This document shows positions 1-14,400 of a stretch of DNA of 64,000 bases, in pieces. Each line of letters begins with the position of its first letter. Positions within the stretch are counted from its first letter, which is position 1. The DNA is from Auanema rhodensis (lineage: Eukaryota > Animalia > Nematoda): positions 5,146,001-5,210,000 of the forward strand of contig OZ059894.1 in NCBI GenBank assembly GCA_964057225.1, in the 5' to 3' direction. The position numbers and the translations under genes are program-made. The notes below the pieces were generated by a model that was given only the letters and a program-made list of their open reading frames with translations, had not been told where the DNA came from and did not search any database.

Positions 1-13
1 ATTTATGCTTATT

Positions 14-36
14 AAGTGTACACGTGATGTGCACTT
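14..36. other. Intra-monomer dyad (representative copy): AAGTGTACA-cgtga-TGTGCACTT, 9-bp stem with one T:G pair and a 5-nt loop
   Basis: Read directly from the sequence and present in most monomers. It contains the palindromes GTGTACAC, CACGTG and GTGCAC. Confidence 0.9.
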
Positions 37-139
37 GGTATGTAACTCGCTTCACGTGAAAGATAAAGGGATGCGGTTTCCAAAATTAGATTCCCGATGT
101 CCATATTAGTCTAAAAACAAATTTTTATTGATATTGGTG

Positions 140-152
140 CATGGTAACCATG
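140..152. other. Intra-monomer dyad (representative copy): CATGGT-A-ACCATG, containing a nearly invariant GGTNACC (BstEII) site
   Basis: A perfect 6-bp inverted repeat around 1 nt. The core ATGGTAACCAT is almost invariant across the array, with only a few exceptions seen (e.g. 28165, 32428, 50803, 58933). Confidence 0.9.
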
Positions 153-639
153 ACTTTGAAATTTACGTAAACTTTAATTTATGCTAATTAAGTGTACACG
201 TGATGTGCACTTGGTACGTAATTCACTTCAAGTCAAAGATAAAGAGATGCGGTTTTCAAAATTAGATTCCCCATGTCCATATTAGTCTAAAAACAAATTT
301 TTGTTGATATTGGTGGATGGTAACCATGACTTTCAAATTTACGTGAACTTCAATTTATGCTAATTAAGTGTACACGTGATGTGCACTTGGTATGTAACTC
401 GCTTCAAGTGAAAGATAAAGAGATGCGGTTTCCAAAATTAGATTCCTCATGTCCATATTAGTCTAAAAACAAATTTTTGTTGATATTGGTGGATGGTAAC
501 CATGACTTTCAAATTTACGTGTACTTCAATTTATGCTTATTAAGTGTACACGTGATGTGCACTTGGTATGTAACTCGCTTCACGTGAAAGATAAAGGGAT
601 GCGGTTTCCAAAATTAGATTCCCGATGTCCATATTAGTC

Positions 640-3600
640 TAAAAACAAATTTTTATTGATATTGGTGCATGGTAACCATGACTTTGAAATTTACGTAAAC
701 TTTAATTTATGCTAATTAAGTGTACACGTGATGTGCACTTGGTACGTAATTCGCTTCAAGTCAAAGATAAAGAGATGCGGTTTTCAAAATTAGATTCCCC
801 ATGTCCATATTAGTCTAAAAACAAATTTTTGTTGATATTGGTGGATGGTAACCATGACTTTCAAATTTACGTGAACTTCAATTTATGCTAATTAAGTGTA
901 CACGTGATGTGCACTTGGTATGTAACTCGCTTCAAGTCAAAGATAAAGAGATGCGGTTTTCAAAATTAGATTCCCCATGTCCATATTAGTCTAAAAACAA
1001 ATTTTTATTAATATTGGTGCATGGTAACCATGACTTTGAAATTTACGTGAACTTTAATTTATGCTAATTAAGTGTACACATAATGTGCACTTGGTATGTA
1101 ACTCGCTTCAAGTGAAAGATAAAGAGATGCGGTTTTTAAAATTAGATTTCGCATGTCCATATTAGTCTAAAAACAAATTTTTATTGATATTGGTGCATGG
1201 TAACCATGACTTTAAAATTTACGTGAACTTTAATTTATGCTAATTAAGTGAACACATGATGTGCACTTGGTATGTAACTCGCTTCACGTGAAAGATAAAG
1301 AGATGCGGTTTTCAAAATTAGATTCCTCATGTCCATATTAGTCTAAAAACGAATTTTTATTGATATTGATGCATGGTAACCATGACTTTGAAATTTACGT
1401 GAACTTTAATTTATGCTTATTAAGTGTACACGTGATGTGCACTTGGTATGTAACTCGCTTCACGTGAAAGATAAAGGGATGCGGTTTTCAAAATTAGATT
1501 CCTCATGTCCATATTAGTCTAAAAACAAATTTTTGTTGATATTGGTGGATGGTAACCATGACTTTCAAATTTACGTGTACTTCAATTTATGCTAATTAAG
1601 TGTACACGTGATGTGCACTTGGTATGTAACTCGCTTCAAGTCAAAGATAAAGAGATGCGGTTTTCAAAATTAGATTCCCGATGTCCATATTAGTCTAAAA
1701 ACAAATTTTTATTGATATTGGTGCATGGTAACCATGACTTTGAAATTTACGTGAACTTTAATTTATGCTAATTAAGTGTACACGTGATGTGCACTTGGTA
1801 TGTAACTCGCTTCAAGTCAAAGATAAAGAGATGCGGTTTTCAAAATTAGATTCCCCATGTCCATATTAGTCTAAAAACAAATTTTTATTGATATTGGTGC
1901 ATGGTAACCATGACTTTAAAATTTACGTGAACTTTAATTTATGCTAATTAAGTGTACACATAATGTGCACTTGGTATGTAACTCGCTTCAAGTGAAAGAT
2001 AAAGAGATGCGGTTTCCAAAATTAGATTCCTCATGTCCATATTAGTCTAAAAACAAATTTTTGTTGATATTGGTGGATGGTAACCATGACTTTCAAATTT
2101 ACGTGTACTTCAATTTATGCTAATTAAGTGTACACGTGATGTGCACTTGGTATGTAACTCGCTTCACGTCAAAGATAAAGAGATGCGGTTTTCAAAATTA
2201 GATTCCCGATGTCCATATTAGTCTAAAAACAAATTTTTATTGATATTGGTGCATGGTAACCATGACTTTGAAATTTACGTGAACTTTAATTTATGCTAAT
2301 TAAGTGTACACGTGATGTGCACTTGGTATGTAACTCGCTTCACGTGAAAGATGAAGAGATGCGGTTTTCAAAATTAGATTCCCCATGTCCATATTAGTCT
2401 AAAAACAAATTTTTGTTGATATTGGTGAATGGTAACCATGACTATCAAATTTACGTGAACTTCAATTTATGCTAATTAAGTGTACACGTGATGTGCACTT
2501 GGTATGTAACTCGCTTCACGTCAAAGATAAAGAGATGCGGTTTTCAAAATTAGATTCCCGATGTCAATATTAGTCTAAAAACAAATTTTTGTTGATATTG
2601 GTGGATGGTAACCATGACTTTCAAATTTACGTGAACTTCAATTTATGCTAATTAAGTGTACACGTGATGTGCACTTGGTACGTAATTCGCTTCAAGTCAA
2701 AGATAAAGAGATGCGGTTTTCAAAATTAGATTTCCCATGTCCATATTAGTCTAAAAACAAATTTTTATTAATATTGGTGCATGGTAACCATGACTTTAAA
2801 ATTTACGTGAACTTTAATTTATGCTAATTAAGTGTACACGTGATGTGCACTTGGTATGTAACTCGCTTCAAGTGAAAGATAAAGAGATGCGGTTTTCAAA
2901 ATTAGATTTCGCATGTCCATATTAGTCTAAAAACGAATTTTTATTGATATTGATGCATGGTAACCATGACTTTGAAATTTACGTGAACTTTAATTTATGC
3001 TAATTAAGTGTACACATAATGTGCACTTGGTATGTAACTCGCTTCAAGTGAAAGATAAAGAGATGCGGTTTTCAAAATTAGATTTCGCATGTCCATATTA
3101 GTCTAAAAACGAATTTTTATTGATATTGATGCATGGTAACCATGACTTTGAAATTTACGTGAACTTTAATTTATGCTTATTAAGTGTACACGTGATGTGC
3201 ACTTGGTATGTAACTCGCTTCACGTGAAAGATAAGGGGATGCGGTTTCCAAAATTAGATTCCCGATGTCCATATTAGTCTAAAAACAAATTTTTATTGAT
3301 ATTGGTGCATGGTAACCATGACTTTGAAATTTACGTAAACTTTAATTTATGCTAATTAAGTGTACACGTGATGTGCACTTGGTACGTAATTCGCTTCAAG
3401 TCAAAGATAAAGAGATGCGGTTTTCAAAATTAGATTCCCGATGTCCATATTAGTCTAAAAACAAATTTTTATTGATATTGGTGCATGGTAACCATGACTT
3501 TGAAATTTACGTGAACTTTAATTTATGCTAATTAAGTGTACACGTGATGTGCACTTGGTATGTAACTCGCTTCAAGTCAAAGATAAAGAGATGCGGTTTT

Positions 3601-6600
3601 CAAAATTAGATTCCCCATGTCCATATTAGTCTAAAAACAAATTTTTATTGATATTGGTGCATGGTAACCATGACTTTAAAATTTACGTGAACTTTAATTT
3701 ATGCTAATTAAGTGTACACATAATGTGCACTTGGTATGTAACTCGCTTCAAGTGAAAGATAAAGAGATGCGGTTTCCAAAATTAGATTCCTCATGTCCAT
3801 ATTAGTCTAAAAACAAATTTTTGTTGATATTGGTGGATGGTAACCATGACTTTCAAATTTACGTGTACTTCAATTTATGCTAATTAAGTGTACACGTGAT
3901 GTGCACTTGGTATGTAACTCGCTTCACGTCAAAGATAAAGAGATGCGGTTTTCAAAATTAGATTCCCGATGTCCATATTAGTCTAAAAACAAATTTTTAT
4001 TGATATTGGTGCATGGTAACCATGACTTTGAAATTTACGTGAACTTTAATTTATGCTAATTAAGTGTACACGTGATGTGCACTTGGTATGTAACTCGCTT
4101 CACGTGAAAGATGAAGAGATGCGGTTTTCAAAATTAGATTCCCCATGTCCATATTAGTCTAAAAACAAATTTTTGTTGATATTGGTGAATGGTAACCATG
4201 ACTATCAAATTTACGTGAACTTCAATTTATGCTAATTAAGTGTACACGTGATGTGCACTTGGTATGTAACTCGCTTCACGTCAAAGATAAAGAGATGCGG
4301 TTTTCAAAATTAGATTCCCGATGTCCATATTAGTCTAAAAACAAATTTTTGTTGATATTGGTGGATGGTAACCATGACTTTCAAATTTACGTGAACTTCA
4401 ATTTATGCTAATTAAGTGTACACGTGATGTGCACTTGGTACGTAATTCGCTTCAAGTCAAAGATAAAGAGATGCGGTTTTCAAAATTAGATTTCCCATGT
4501 CCATATTAGTCTAAAAACAAATTTTTATTAATATTGGTGCATGGTAACCATGACTTTAAAATTTACGTGAACTTTAATTTATGCTAATTAAGTGTACACG
4601 TGATGTGCACTTGGTATGTAACTCGCTTCAAGTGAAAGATAAAGAGATGCGGTTTTCAAAATTAGATTTCGCATGTCCATATTAGTCTAAAAACGAATTT
4701 TTATTGATATTGATGCATGGTAACCATGACTTTGAAATTTACGTGAACTTTAATTTATGCTAATTAAGTGTACACATAATGTGCACTTGGTATGTAACTC
4801 GCTTCAAGTGAAAGATAAAGAGATGCGGTTTTCAAAATTAGATTTCGCATGTCCATATTAGTCTAAAAACGAATTTTTATTGATATTGATGCATGGTAAC
4901 CATGACTTTGAAATTTACGTGAACTTTAATTTATGCTTATTAAGTGTACACGTGATGTGCACTTGGTATGTAACTCGCTTCACGTGAAAGATAAGGGGAT
5001 GCGGTTTCCAAAATTAGATTCCCGATGTCCATATTAGTCTAAAAACAAATTTTTATTGATATTGGTGCATGGTAACCATGACTTTGAAATTTACGTAAAC
5101 TTTAATTTATGCTAATTAAGTGTACACGTGATGTGCACTTGGTACGTAATTCGCTTCAAGTCAAAGATAAAGAGATGCGGTTTTCAAAATTAGATTCCCC
5201 ATGTCCATATTAGTCTAAAAACAAATTTTTGTTGATATTGGTGGATGGTAACCATGACTTTCAAATTTACGTGAACTTCAATTTATGCTAATTAAGTGTA
5301 CACGTGATGTGCACTTGGTATGTAACTCGCTTCAAGTGAAAGATAAAGAGATGCGGTTTCCAAAATTAGATTCCTCATGTCCATATTAGTCTAAAAACAA
5401 ATTTTTATTGATATTGGTGCATGGTAACCATGACTTTGAAATTTACGTAAACTTTAATTTATGCTAATTAAGTGTACACGTGATGTGCACTTGGTACGTA
5501 ATTCGCTTCAAGTCAAAGATAAAGAGATGCGGTTTTCAAAATTAGATTCCCCATGTCCATATTAGTCTAAAAACAAATTTTTGTTGATATTGGTGGATGG
5601 TAACCATGACTTTCAAATTTACGTGAACTTCAATTTATGCTAATTAAGTGTACACGTGATGTGCACTTGGTATGTAACTCGCTTCAAGTCAAAGATAAAG
5701 AGATGCGGTTTTCAAAATTAGATTCCCCATGTCCATATTAGTCTAAAAACAAATTTTTATTAATATTGGTGCATGGTAACCATGACTTTGAAATTTACGT
5801 GAACTTTAATTTATGCTAATTAAGTGTACACATAATGTGCACTTGGTATGTAACTCGCTTCAAGTGAAAGATAAAGAGATGCGGTTTTTAAAATTAGATT
5901 TCGCATGTCCATATTAGTCTAAAAACAAATTTTTATTGATATTGGTGCATGGTAACCATGACTTTAAAATTTACGTGAACTTTAATTTATGCTAATTAAG
6001 TGAACACATGATGTGCACTTGGTATGTAACTCGCTTCACGTGAAAGATAAAGAGATGCGGTTTTCAAAATTAGATTCCTCATGTCCATATTAGTCTAAAA
6101 ACGAATTTTTATTGATATTGATGCATGGTAACCATGACTTTGAAATTTACGTGAACTTTAATTTATGCTTATTAAGTGTACACGTGATGTGCACTTGGTA
6201 TGTAACTCGCTTCACGTGAAAGATAAAGGGATGCGGTTTTCAAAATTAGATTCCTCATGTCCATATTAGTCTAAAAACAAATTTTTGTTGATATTGGTGG
6301 ATGGTAACCATGACTTTCAAATTTACGTGTACTTCAATTTATGCTAATTAAGTGTACACGTGATGTGCACTTGGTATGTAACTCGCTTCAAGTCAAAGAT
6401 AAAGAGATGCGGTTTTCAAAATTAGATTCCCGATGTCCATATTAGTCTAAAAACAAATTTTTATTGATATTGGTGCATGGTAACCATGACTTTGAAATTT
6501 ACGTGAACTTTAATTTATGCTAATTAAGTGTACACGTGATGTGCACTTGGTATGTAACTCGCTTCAAGTCAAAGATAAAGAGATGCGGTTTTCAAAATTA

Positions 6601-8180
6601 GATTCCCCATGTCCATATTAGTCTAAAAACAAATTTTTATTGATATTGGTGCATGGTAACCATGACTTTAAAATTTACGTGAACTTTAATTTATGCTAAT
6701 TAAGTGTACACATAATGTGCACTTGGTATGTAACTCGCTTCAAGTGAAAGATAAAGAGATGCGGTTTCCAAAATTAGATTCCTCATGTCCATATTAGTCT
6801 AAAAACAAATTTTTGTTGATATTGGTGGATGGTAACCATGACTTTCAAATTTACGTGTACTTCAATTTATGCTAATTAAGTGTACACGTGATGTGCACTT
6901 GGTATGTAACTCGCTTCACGTCAAAGATAAAGAGATGCGGTTTTCAAAATTAGATTCCCGATGTCCATATTAGTCTAAAAACAAATTTTTATTGATATTG
7001 GTGCATGGTAACCATGACTTTGAAATTTACGTGAACTTTAATTTATGCTAATTAAGTGTACACGTGATGTGCACTTGGTATGTAACTCGCTTCACGTGAA
7101 AGATGAAGAGATGCGGTTTTCAAAATTAGATTCCCCATGTCCATATTAGTCTAAAAACAAATTTTTGTTGATATTGGTGAATGGTAACCATGACTATCAA
7201 ATTTACGTGAACTTCAATTTATGCTAATTAAGTGTACACGTGATGTGCACTTGGTATGTAACTCGCTTCACGTCAAAGATAAAGAGATGCGGTTTTCAAA
7301 ATTAGATTCCCGATGTCCATATTAGTCTAAAAACAAATTTTTGTTGATATTGGTGGATGGTAACCATGACTTTCAAATTTACGTGAACTTCAATTTATGC
7401 TAATTAAGTGTACACGTGATGTGCACTTGGTACGTAATTCGCTTCAAGTCAAAGATAAAGAGATGCGGTTTTCAAAATTAGATTTCCCATGTCCATATTA
7501 GTCTAAAAACAAATTTTTATTAATATTGGTGCATGGTAACCATGACTTTAAAATTTACGTGAACTTTAATTTATGCTAATTAAGTGTACACGTGATGTGC
7601 ACTTGGTATGTAACTCGCTTCAAGTGAAAGATAAAGAGATGCGGTTTTCAAAATTAGATTTCGCATGTCCATATTAGTCTAAAAACGAATTTTTATTGAT
7701 ATTGATGCATGGTAACCATGACTTTGAAATTTACGTGAACTTTAATTTATGCTAATTAAGTGTACACATAATGTGCACTTGGTATGTAACTCGCTTCAAG
7801 TGAAAGATAAAGAGATGCGGTTTTCAAAATTAGATTTCGCATGTCCATATTAGTCTAAAAACGAATTTTTATTGATATTGATGCATGGTAACCATGACTT
7901 TGAAATTTACGTGAACTTTAATTTATGCTTATTAAGTGTACACGTGATGTGCACTTGGTATGTAACTCGCTTCACGTGAAAGATAAGGGGATGCGGTTTC
8001 CAAAATTAGATTCCCGATGTCCATATTAGTCTAAAAACAAATTTTTATTGATATTGGTGCATGGTAACCATGACTTTGAAATTTACGTAAACTTTAATTT
8101 ATGCTAATTAAGTGTACACGTGATGTGCACTTGGTACGTAATTCGCTTCAAGTCAAAGATAAAGAGATGCGGTTTTCAAA
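640..8180 (+). repeat. Block repeat, period 4752 bp (27 monomers): ~640-3430 vs ~5390-8180
   Basis: GGTTTTTAAA at 1131/5883, ACTATCAA at 2441/7193 and ATAAGGGG at 3231/7983. Ends are approximate. Confidence 0.8.
1620..5190 (+). repeat. Tandem block duplication, period 1760 bp (10 monomers)
   Basis: Rare variant ACTATCAA at 2441 and 4201; ATAAGGGG at 3231 and 4991. Ends are approximate. Confidence 0.85.
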
Positions 8181-8458
8181 ATTAGATTCCCCATGTCCAT
8201 ATTAGTCTAAAAACAAATTTTTGTTGATATTGGTGGATGGTAACCATGACTTTCAAATTTACGTGAACTTCAATTTATGCTAATTAAGTGTACACGTGAT
8301 GTGCACTTGGTATGTAACTCGCTTCAAGTGAAAGATAAAGAGATGCGGTTTCCAAAATTAGATTCCTCATGTCCATATTAGTCTAAAAACAAATTTTTGT
8401 TGATATTGGTGGATGGTAACCATGACTTTCAAATTTACGTGTACTTCAATTTATGCTT

Positions 8459-11400
8459 ATTAAGTGTACACGTGATGTGCACTTGGTATGTAACTCGCTT
8501 CACGTGAAAGATAAAGGGATGCGGTTTCCAAAATTAGATTCCCGATGTCCATATTAGTCTAAAAACAAATTTTTATTGATATTGGTGCATGGTAACCATG
8601 ACTTTGAAATTTACGTAAACTTTAATTTATGCTAATTAAGTGTACACGTGATGTGCACTTGGTACGTAATTCGCTTCAAGTCAAAGATAAAGAGATGCGG
8701 TTTTCAAAATTAGATTTCGCATGTCCATATTAGTCTAAAAACAAATTTTTATTGATATTGGTGCATGGTAACCATGACTTTAAAATTTACGTGAACTTTA
8801 ATTTATGCTAATTAAGTGAACACATGATGTGCACTTGGTATGTAACTCGCTTCACGTGAAAGATAAAGAGATGCGGTTTTCAAAATTAGATTCCTCATGT
8901 CCATATTAGTCTAAAAACGAATTTTTATTGATATTGATGCATGGTAACCATGACTTTGAAATTTACGTGAACTTTAATTTATGCTTATTAAGTGTACACG
9001 TGATGTGCACTTGGTATGTAACTCGCTTCACGTGAAAGATAAAGGGATGCGGTTTTCAAAATTAGATTCCTCATGTCCATATTAGTCTAAAAACAAATTT
9101 TTGTTGATATTGGTGGATGGTAACCATGACTTTCAAATTTACGTGTACTTCAATTTATGCTAATTAAGTGTACACGTGATGTGCACTTGGTATGTAACTC
9201 GCTTCACGTCAAAGATAAAGAGATGCGGTTTTCAAAATTAGATTCCCGATGTCCATATTAGTCTAAAAACAAATTTTTGTTGATATTGGTGGATGGTAAC
9301 CATGACTTTCAAATTTACGTGAACTTCAATTTATGCTAATTAAGTGTACACGTGATGTGCACTTGGTACGTAATTCGCTTCAAGTCAAAGATAAAGAGAT
9401 GCGGTTTTCAAAATTAGATTTCCCATGTCCATATTAGTCTAAAAACAAATTTTTATTAATATTGGTGCATGGTAACCATGACTTTAAAATTTACGTGAAC
9501 TTTTATTTATGCTAATTAAGTGTACACGTGATGTGCACTTGGTATGTAACTCGCTTCAAGTGAAAGATAAAGAGATGCGGTTTTCAAAATTAGATTTCGC
9601 ATGTCCATATTAGTCTAAAAACAAATTTTTATTGATATTGGTGCATGGTAACCATGACTTTAAAATTTACGTGAACTTTAATTTATGCTGATTAAGTGAA
9701 CACATGATTTGCACTTGGTATGTAACTCGCTTCACGTGAAAGATAAAGAGATGCGGTTTTCAAAATTAGATTCCTCATGTCCATATTAGTCTAAAAACAA
9801 ATTTTTGTTGATATTGGTGGATGGTAACCATGACTTTCAAATTTACGTGTACTTCAATTTATGCTAATTAAGTGTACACGTGATGTGCACTTGGTATGTA
9901 ACTCGCTTCAAGTCAAAGATAAAGAGATGCGGTTTTCAAAATTAGATTTCGCATGTCCATATTAGTCTAAAAACAAATTTTTATTGATATTGATGCATGG
10001 TAACCATGACTTTCAAATTTACGTGTACTTCAATTTATGCTAATTAAGTGTACACGTGATGTGCACTTGGTATGTAACTCGCTTCACGTCAAAGATGAAG
10101 AGATGCGGTTTTCAAAATTAGATTCCCGATGTCCATATTAGTCTAAAAACAAATTTTTGTTGATATTGGTGGATGGTAACCATGACTTTCAAATTTACGT
10201 GAACTTCAATTTATGCTAATTAAGTGTACACGTGATGTGCACTTGGTACGTAATTCGCTTCAAGTCAAAGATAAAGAGATGCGGTTTTCAAAATTAGATT
10301 TCGCATGTCCATATCAGTCTAAAAACGAATTTTTATTGATATTGATGCATGGTAACCATGACTTTGAAATTTACGTGAACTTTAATTTATGCTTATTAAG
10401 TGTACACGTGATGTGCACTTGGTATGTGACTCGCTTCACGTGAAAGATAAAGGGATGCGGTTTCCAAAATTAGATTCCTCATGTCCATATTAGTCTAAAA
10501 ACAAATTTTTGTTGATATTGGTGGATGGTAACCATGACTTTCAAATTTACGTGTATTTCAATTTATGCTAATTAAGTGTACACGTGATGTGCACTTGGTA
10601 TGTAACTCGCTTCACGTCAAAGATAAAGAGATGCGGTTTTCAAAATTAGATTCCCGATGTCCATATTAGTCTAAAAACAAATTTTTATTGATATTGGTGC
10701 ATGGTAACCATGACTTTGAAATTTACGTGAACTTTAATTTATGCTAATTAAGTGTACACGTGATGTGCACTTGGTATGTAACTCGCTTCACGTGAAAGAT
10801 AAAGAGATGCGGTTTTCAAAATTAGATTCCCGATGTCCATATTAGTCTAAAAACAAATTTTTATTGATATTGGTGCATGGTAACCATGACTTTGAAATTT
10901 ACGTGAACTTTAATTTATGCTAATTAAGTGTACACGTGATGTGCACTTGGTATGTAACTCGCTTCACGTCAAAGATGAAGAGATGCGGTTTTCAAAATTA
11001 GATTCCCCATGTCCATATTAGTCTAAAAACAAATTTTTGTTGATATTGGTGGATGGTAACCATGACTTTCAAATTTACGTGAACTTCAATTTATGCTAAT
11101 TAAGTGTACACGTGATGTGCACTTGGTATGTAACTCGCTTCAAGTCAAAGATAAAGAGATGCGGTTTTCAAAATTAGATTCCCGATGTCCATATTAGTCT
11201 AAAAACAAATTTTTATTGATATTGGTGCATGGTAACCATGACTTTGAAATTTACGTGAACTTTAATTTATGCTAATTAAGTGTACACGTGATGTGCACTT
11301 GGTATGTAACTCGCTTCACGTGAAAGATAAAGAGATGCGGTTTTCAAAATTAGATTCCCGATGTCCATATTAGTCTAAAAACAAATTTTTATTGATATTG

Positions 11401-14400
11401 GTGCATGGTAACCATGACTTTGAAATTTACGTGAACTTTAATTTATGCTAATTAAGTGTACACGTGATGTGCACTTGGTATGTAACTCGCTTCACGTCAA
11501 AGATGAAGAGATGCGGTTTTCAAAATTAGATTCCCCATGTCCATATTAGTCTAAAAACAAATTTTTGTTGATATTGGTGGATGGTAACCATGACTTTCAA
11601 ATTTACGTGAACTTCAATTTATGCTAATTAAGTGTACACGTGATGTGCACTTGGTATGTAACTCGCTTCAAGTCAAAGATAAAGAGATGCGGTTTTCAAA
11701 ATTAGATTCCCCATGTCCATATTAGTCTAAAAACAAATTTTTATTAATATTGGTGCATGGTAACCATGACTTTGAAATTTACGTGAACTTTAATTTATGC
11801 TAATTAAGTGTACACGTGATGTGCACTTGGTATGTAACTCGCTTCAAGTCAAAGATAAAGAGATGCGGTTTTCAAAATTAGATTTCGCATGTCCATATTA
11901 GTCTAAAAACAAATTTTTGTTGATATTGGTGGATGGTAACCATGACTTTCAAATTTACGTGTACTTCAATTTATGCTAATTAAGTGTACACGTGATGTGC
12001 ACTTGGTATGTAACTCGCTTCACGTCAAAGATAAAGAGATGCGGTTTTCAAAATTAGATTCCCGATGTCCATATTAGTCTAAAAACATATTTTTATTAAT
12101 ATTGGTGGATGGTAACCATGACTTTAAAATTTACGTGAACTTTAATTTATGCTAATTAAGTGTACACGTGATGTGCACTTGGTATGTAACTCGCTTCAAG
12201 TGAAAGATAAAGAGATGCGGTTTTCAAAATTAGATTTCGCATGTCCATATTAGTCTAAAAACAAATTTTTATTGATATTGGTTCATGGTAACCATGACTT
12301 TAAAATTTACGTGAACTTTAATTTATGCTAATTAAGTGAACACATGATGTGCACTTGGTATGTAACTCGCTTCACGTGAAAGATGAATAGATGCGGTTTC
12401 CAAAATTAGATTCCTCATGTCCATATTAGTCTAAAAACAAATTTTTGTTGATATTGGTGGATGGTAACCATGACTTTCAAATTTACGTGAACTTTAATTT
12501 ATGCTAATTAAGTGTACACATGATGTGCACTTGGTATGTAACTCGCTTCACGTCAAAGATAAAGAGATGCGGTTTTCAAAATTAGATTCCCCATGTCCAT
12601 ATTAGTCTAAAAACAAATTTTTATTAATATTGGTGCATGGTAACCATGACTTTAAAATTTACGTGAACTTTAATTTATGCTAATTAAGTGTACACATGAT
12701 GTGCACTTGGTATGTAACTCGCTTCACGTCAAAGATAAAGAGATGCGGTTTTCAAAATTAGATTCCCCATGTCCATATTAGTCTAAAAACAAATTTTTGT
12801 TGATATTGGTGGATGGTAACCATGACTTTCAAATTTACGTGAACTTTAATTTATGCTAATTAAGTGTACACATGATGTGCACTTGGTATGTAACTCGCTT
12901 CACGTCAAAGATAAAGAGATGCGGTTTTCAAAATTAGATTCCCCATGTCCATATTAGTCTAAAAACAAATTTTTATTAATATTGGTGCATGGTAACCATG
13001 ACTTTAAAATTTACGTGAACTTCAATTTATGCTAATTAAGTGTACACGTGATGTGCACTTGGTACGTAACTCGCTTCAAGTCAAAGATAAAGAGATGCGG
13101 TTTTCAAAATTAGATTTCCCATGTCCATATTAGTCTAAAAACAAATTTTTATTGATATTGGTGGATGGTAACCATGACTTTCAAATTTACGTGAACTTTA
13201 ATTTATGCTAATTAAGTGTACACATGATGTGCACTTGGTATGTAACTCGCTTCAAGTCAAAGATAAAGAGATGCGGTTTTCAAAATTAGATTCCCCATGT
13301 CCATATTAGTCTAAAAACAAATTTTTATTAATATTGGTGCATGGTAACCATGACTTTGAAATTTACGTGAACTTTAATTTATGCTAATTAAGTGTACACG
13401 TGATGTGCACTTGGTATGTAACTAGCTTCAAGTCAAAGATAAAGAGATGCGGTTTTCAAAATTAGATTTCGCATGTCCATATTAGTCTAAAAACAAATTT
13501 TTGTTGATATTGGTGGATGGTAACCATGACTTTCAAATTTACGTGTACTTCAATTTATGCTAATTAAGTGTACACGTGATGTGCACTTGGTATGTAACTC
13601 GCTTCACGTCAAAGATAAAGAGATGCGGTTTTCAAAATTAGATTCCCGATGTCCATATTAGTCTAAAAACATATTTTTATTAATATTGGTGGATGGTAAC
13701 CATGACTTTAAAATTTACGTGAACTTTAATTTATGCTAATTAAGTGTACACGTGATGTGCACTTGGTATGTAACTCGCTTCAAGTGAAAGATAAAGAGAT
13801 GCGGTTTTCAAAATTAGATTTCGCATGTCCATATTAGTCTAAAAACAAATTTTTATTGATATTGGTTCATGGTAACCATGACTTTAAAATTTACGTGAAC
13901 TTTAATTTATGCTAATTAAGTGAACACATGATGTGCACTTGGTATGTAACTCGCTTCACGTGAAAGATGAATAGATGCGGTTTCCAAAATTAGATTCCTC
14001 ATGTCCATATTAGTCTAAAAACAAATTTTTGTTGATATTGGTGGATGGTAACCATGACTTTCAAATTTACGTGAACTTTAATTTATGCTAATTAAGTGTA
14101 CACATGATGTGCACTTGGTACGTAATTCGCTTCAAGTCAAAGATAAAGAGATGCGGTTTTCAAAATTAGATTCCCCATGTCCATATTAGTCTAAAAACAA
14201 ATTTTTGTTGATATTGGTGGATGGTAACCATGACTTTCAAATTTACGTGTACTTCAATTTATGCTTATTAAGTGTACACGTGATGTGCACTTGGTATGTA
14301 ACTCGCTTCAAGTGAAAGATAAAGAGATGCGGTTTCCAAAATTAGATTCCTCATGTCCATATTAGTCTAAAAACAAATTTTTGTTGATATTGGTGGATGG

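Noticed and set aside
21-60. CACGTG boxes as gene promoter elements
   Set aside because: There are no genes nearby, and a 6-mer within a repeat is not evidence of regulatory function.
1-176. Assignment to Brassica CentBr (176 bp), Arabidopsis CEN178 or primate alpha satellite
   Set aside because: Only the length is similar. The sequence does not resemble those consensus sequences as I recall them, and I saw no canonical CENP-B box. A database search is needed to name the family.
1061-1270. CpG-decay signature (CACGTG>CACATG/CACATA, TACGTA/TATGTA) as evidence of methylation
   Set aside because: Only a few independent events are involved, amplified by duplication. Other CpGs (CTCGC, GCGG, TTACGT) are nearly invariant and the ancestral states are unknown.
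10213-10443. 76-aa ORF (identical copy at 18133-18363)
   Set aside because: It is a satellite monomer with TAG>CAG at the usual in-frame stop and TAA>TTA at the monomer end. The second copy is explained by the 7920-bp duplication. There is no recognisable domain or gene context.
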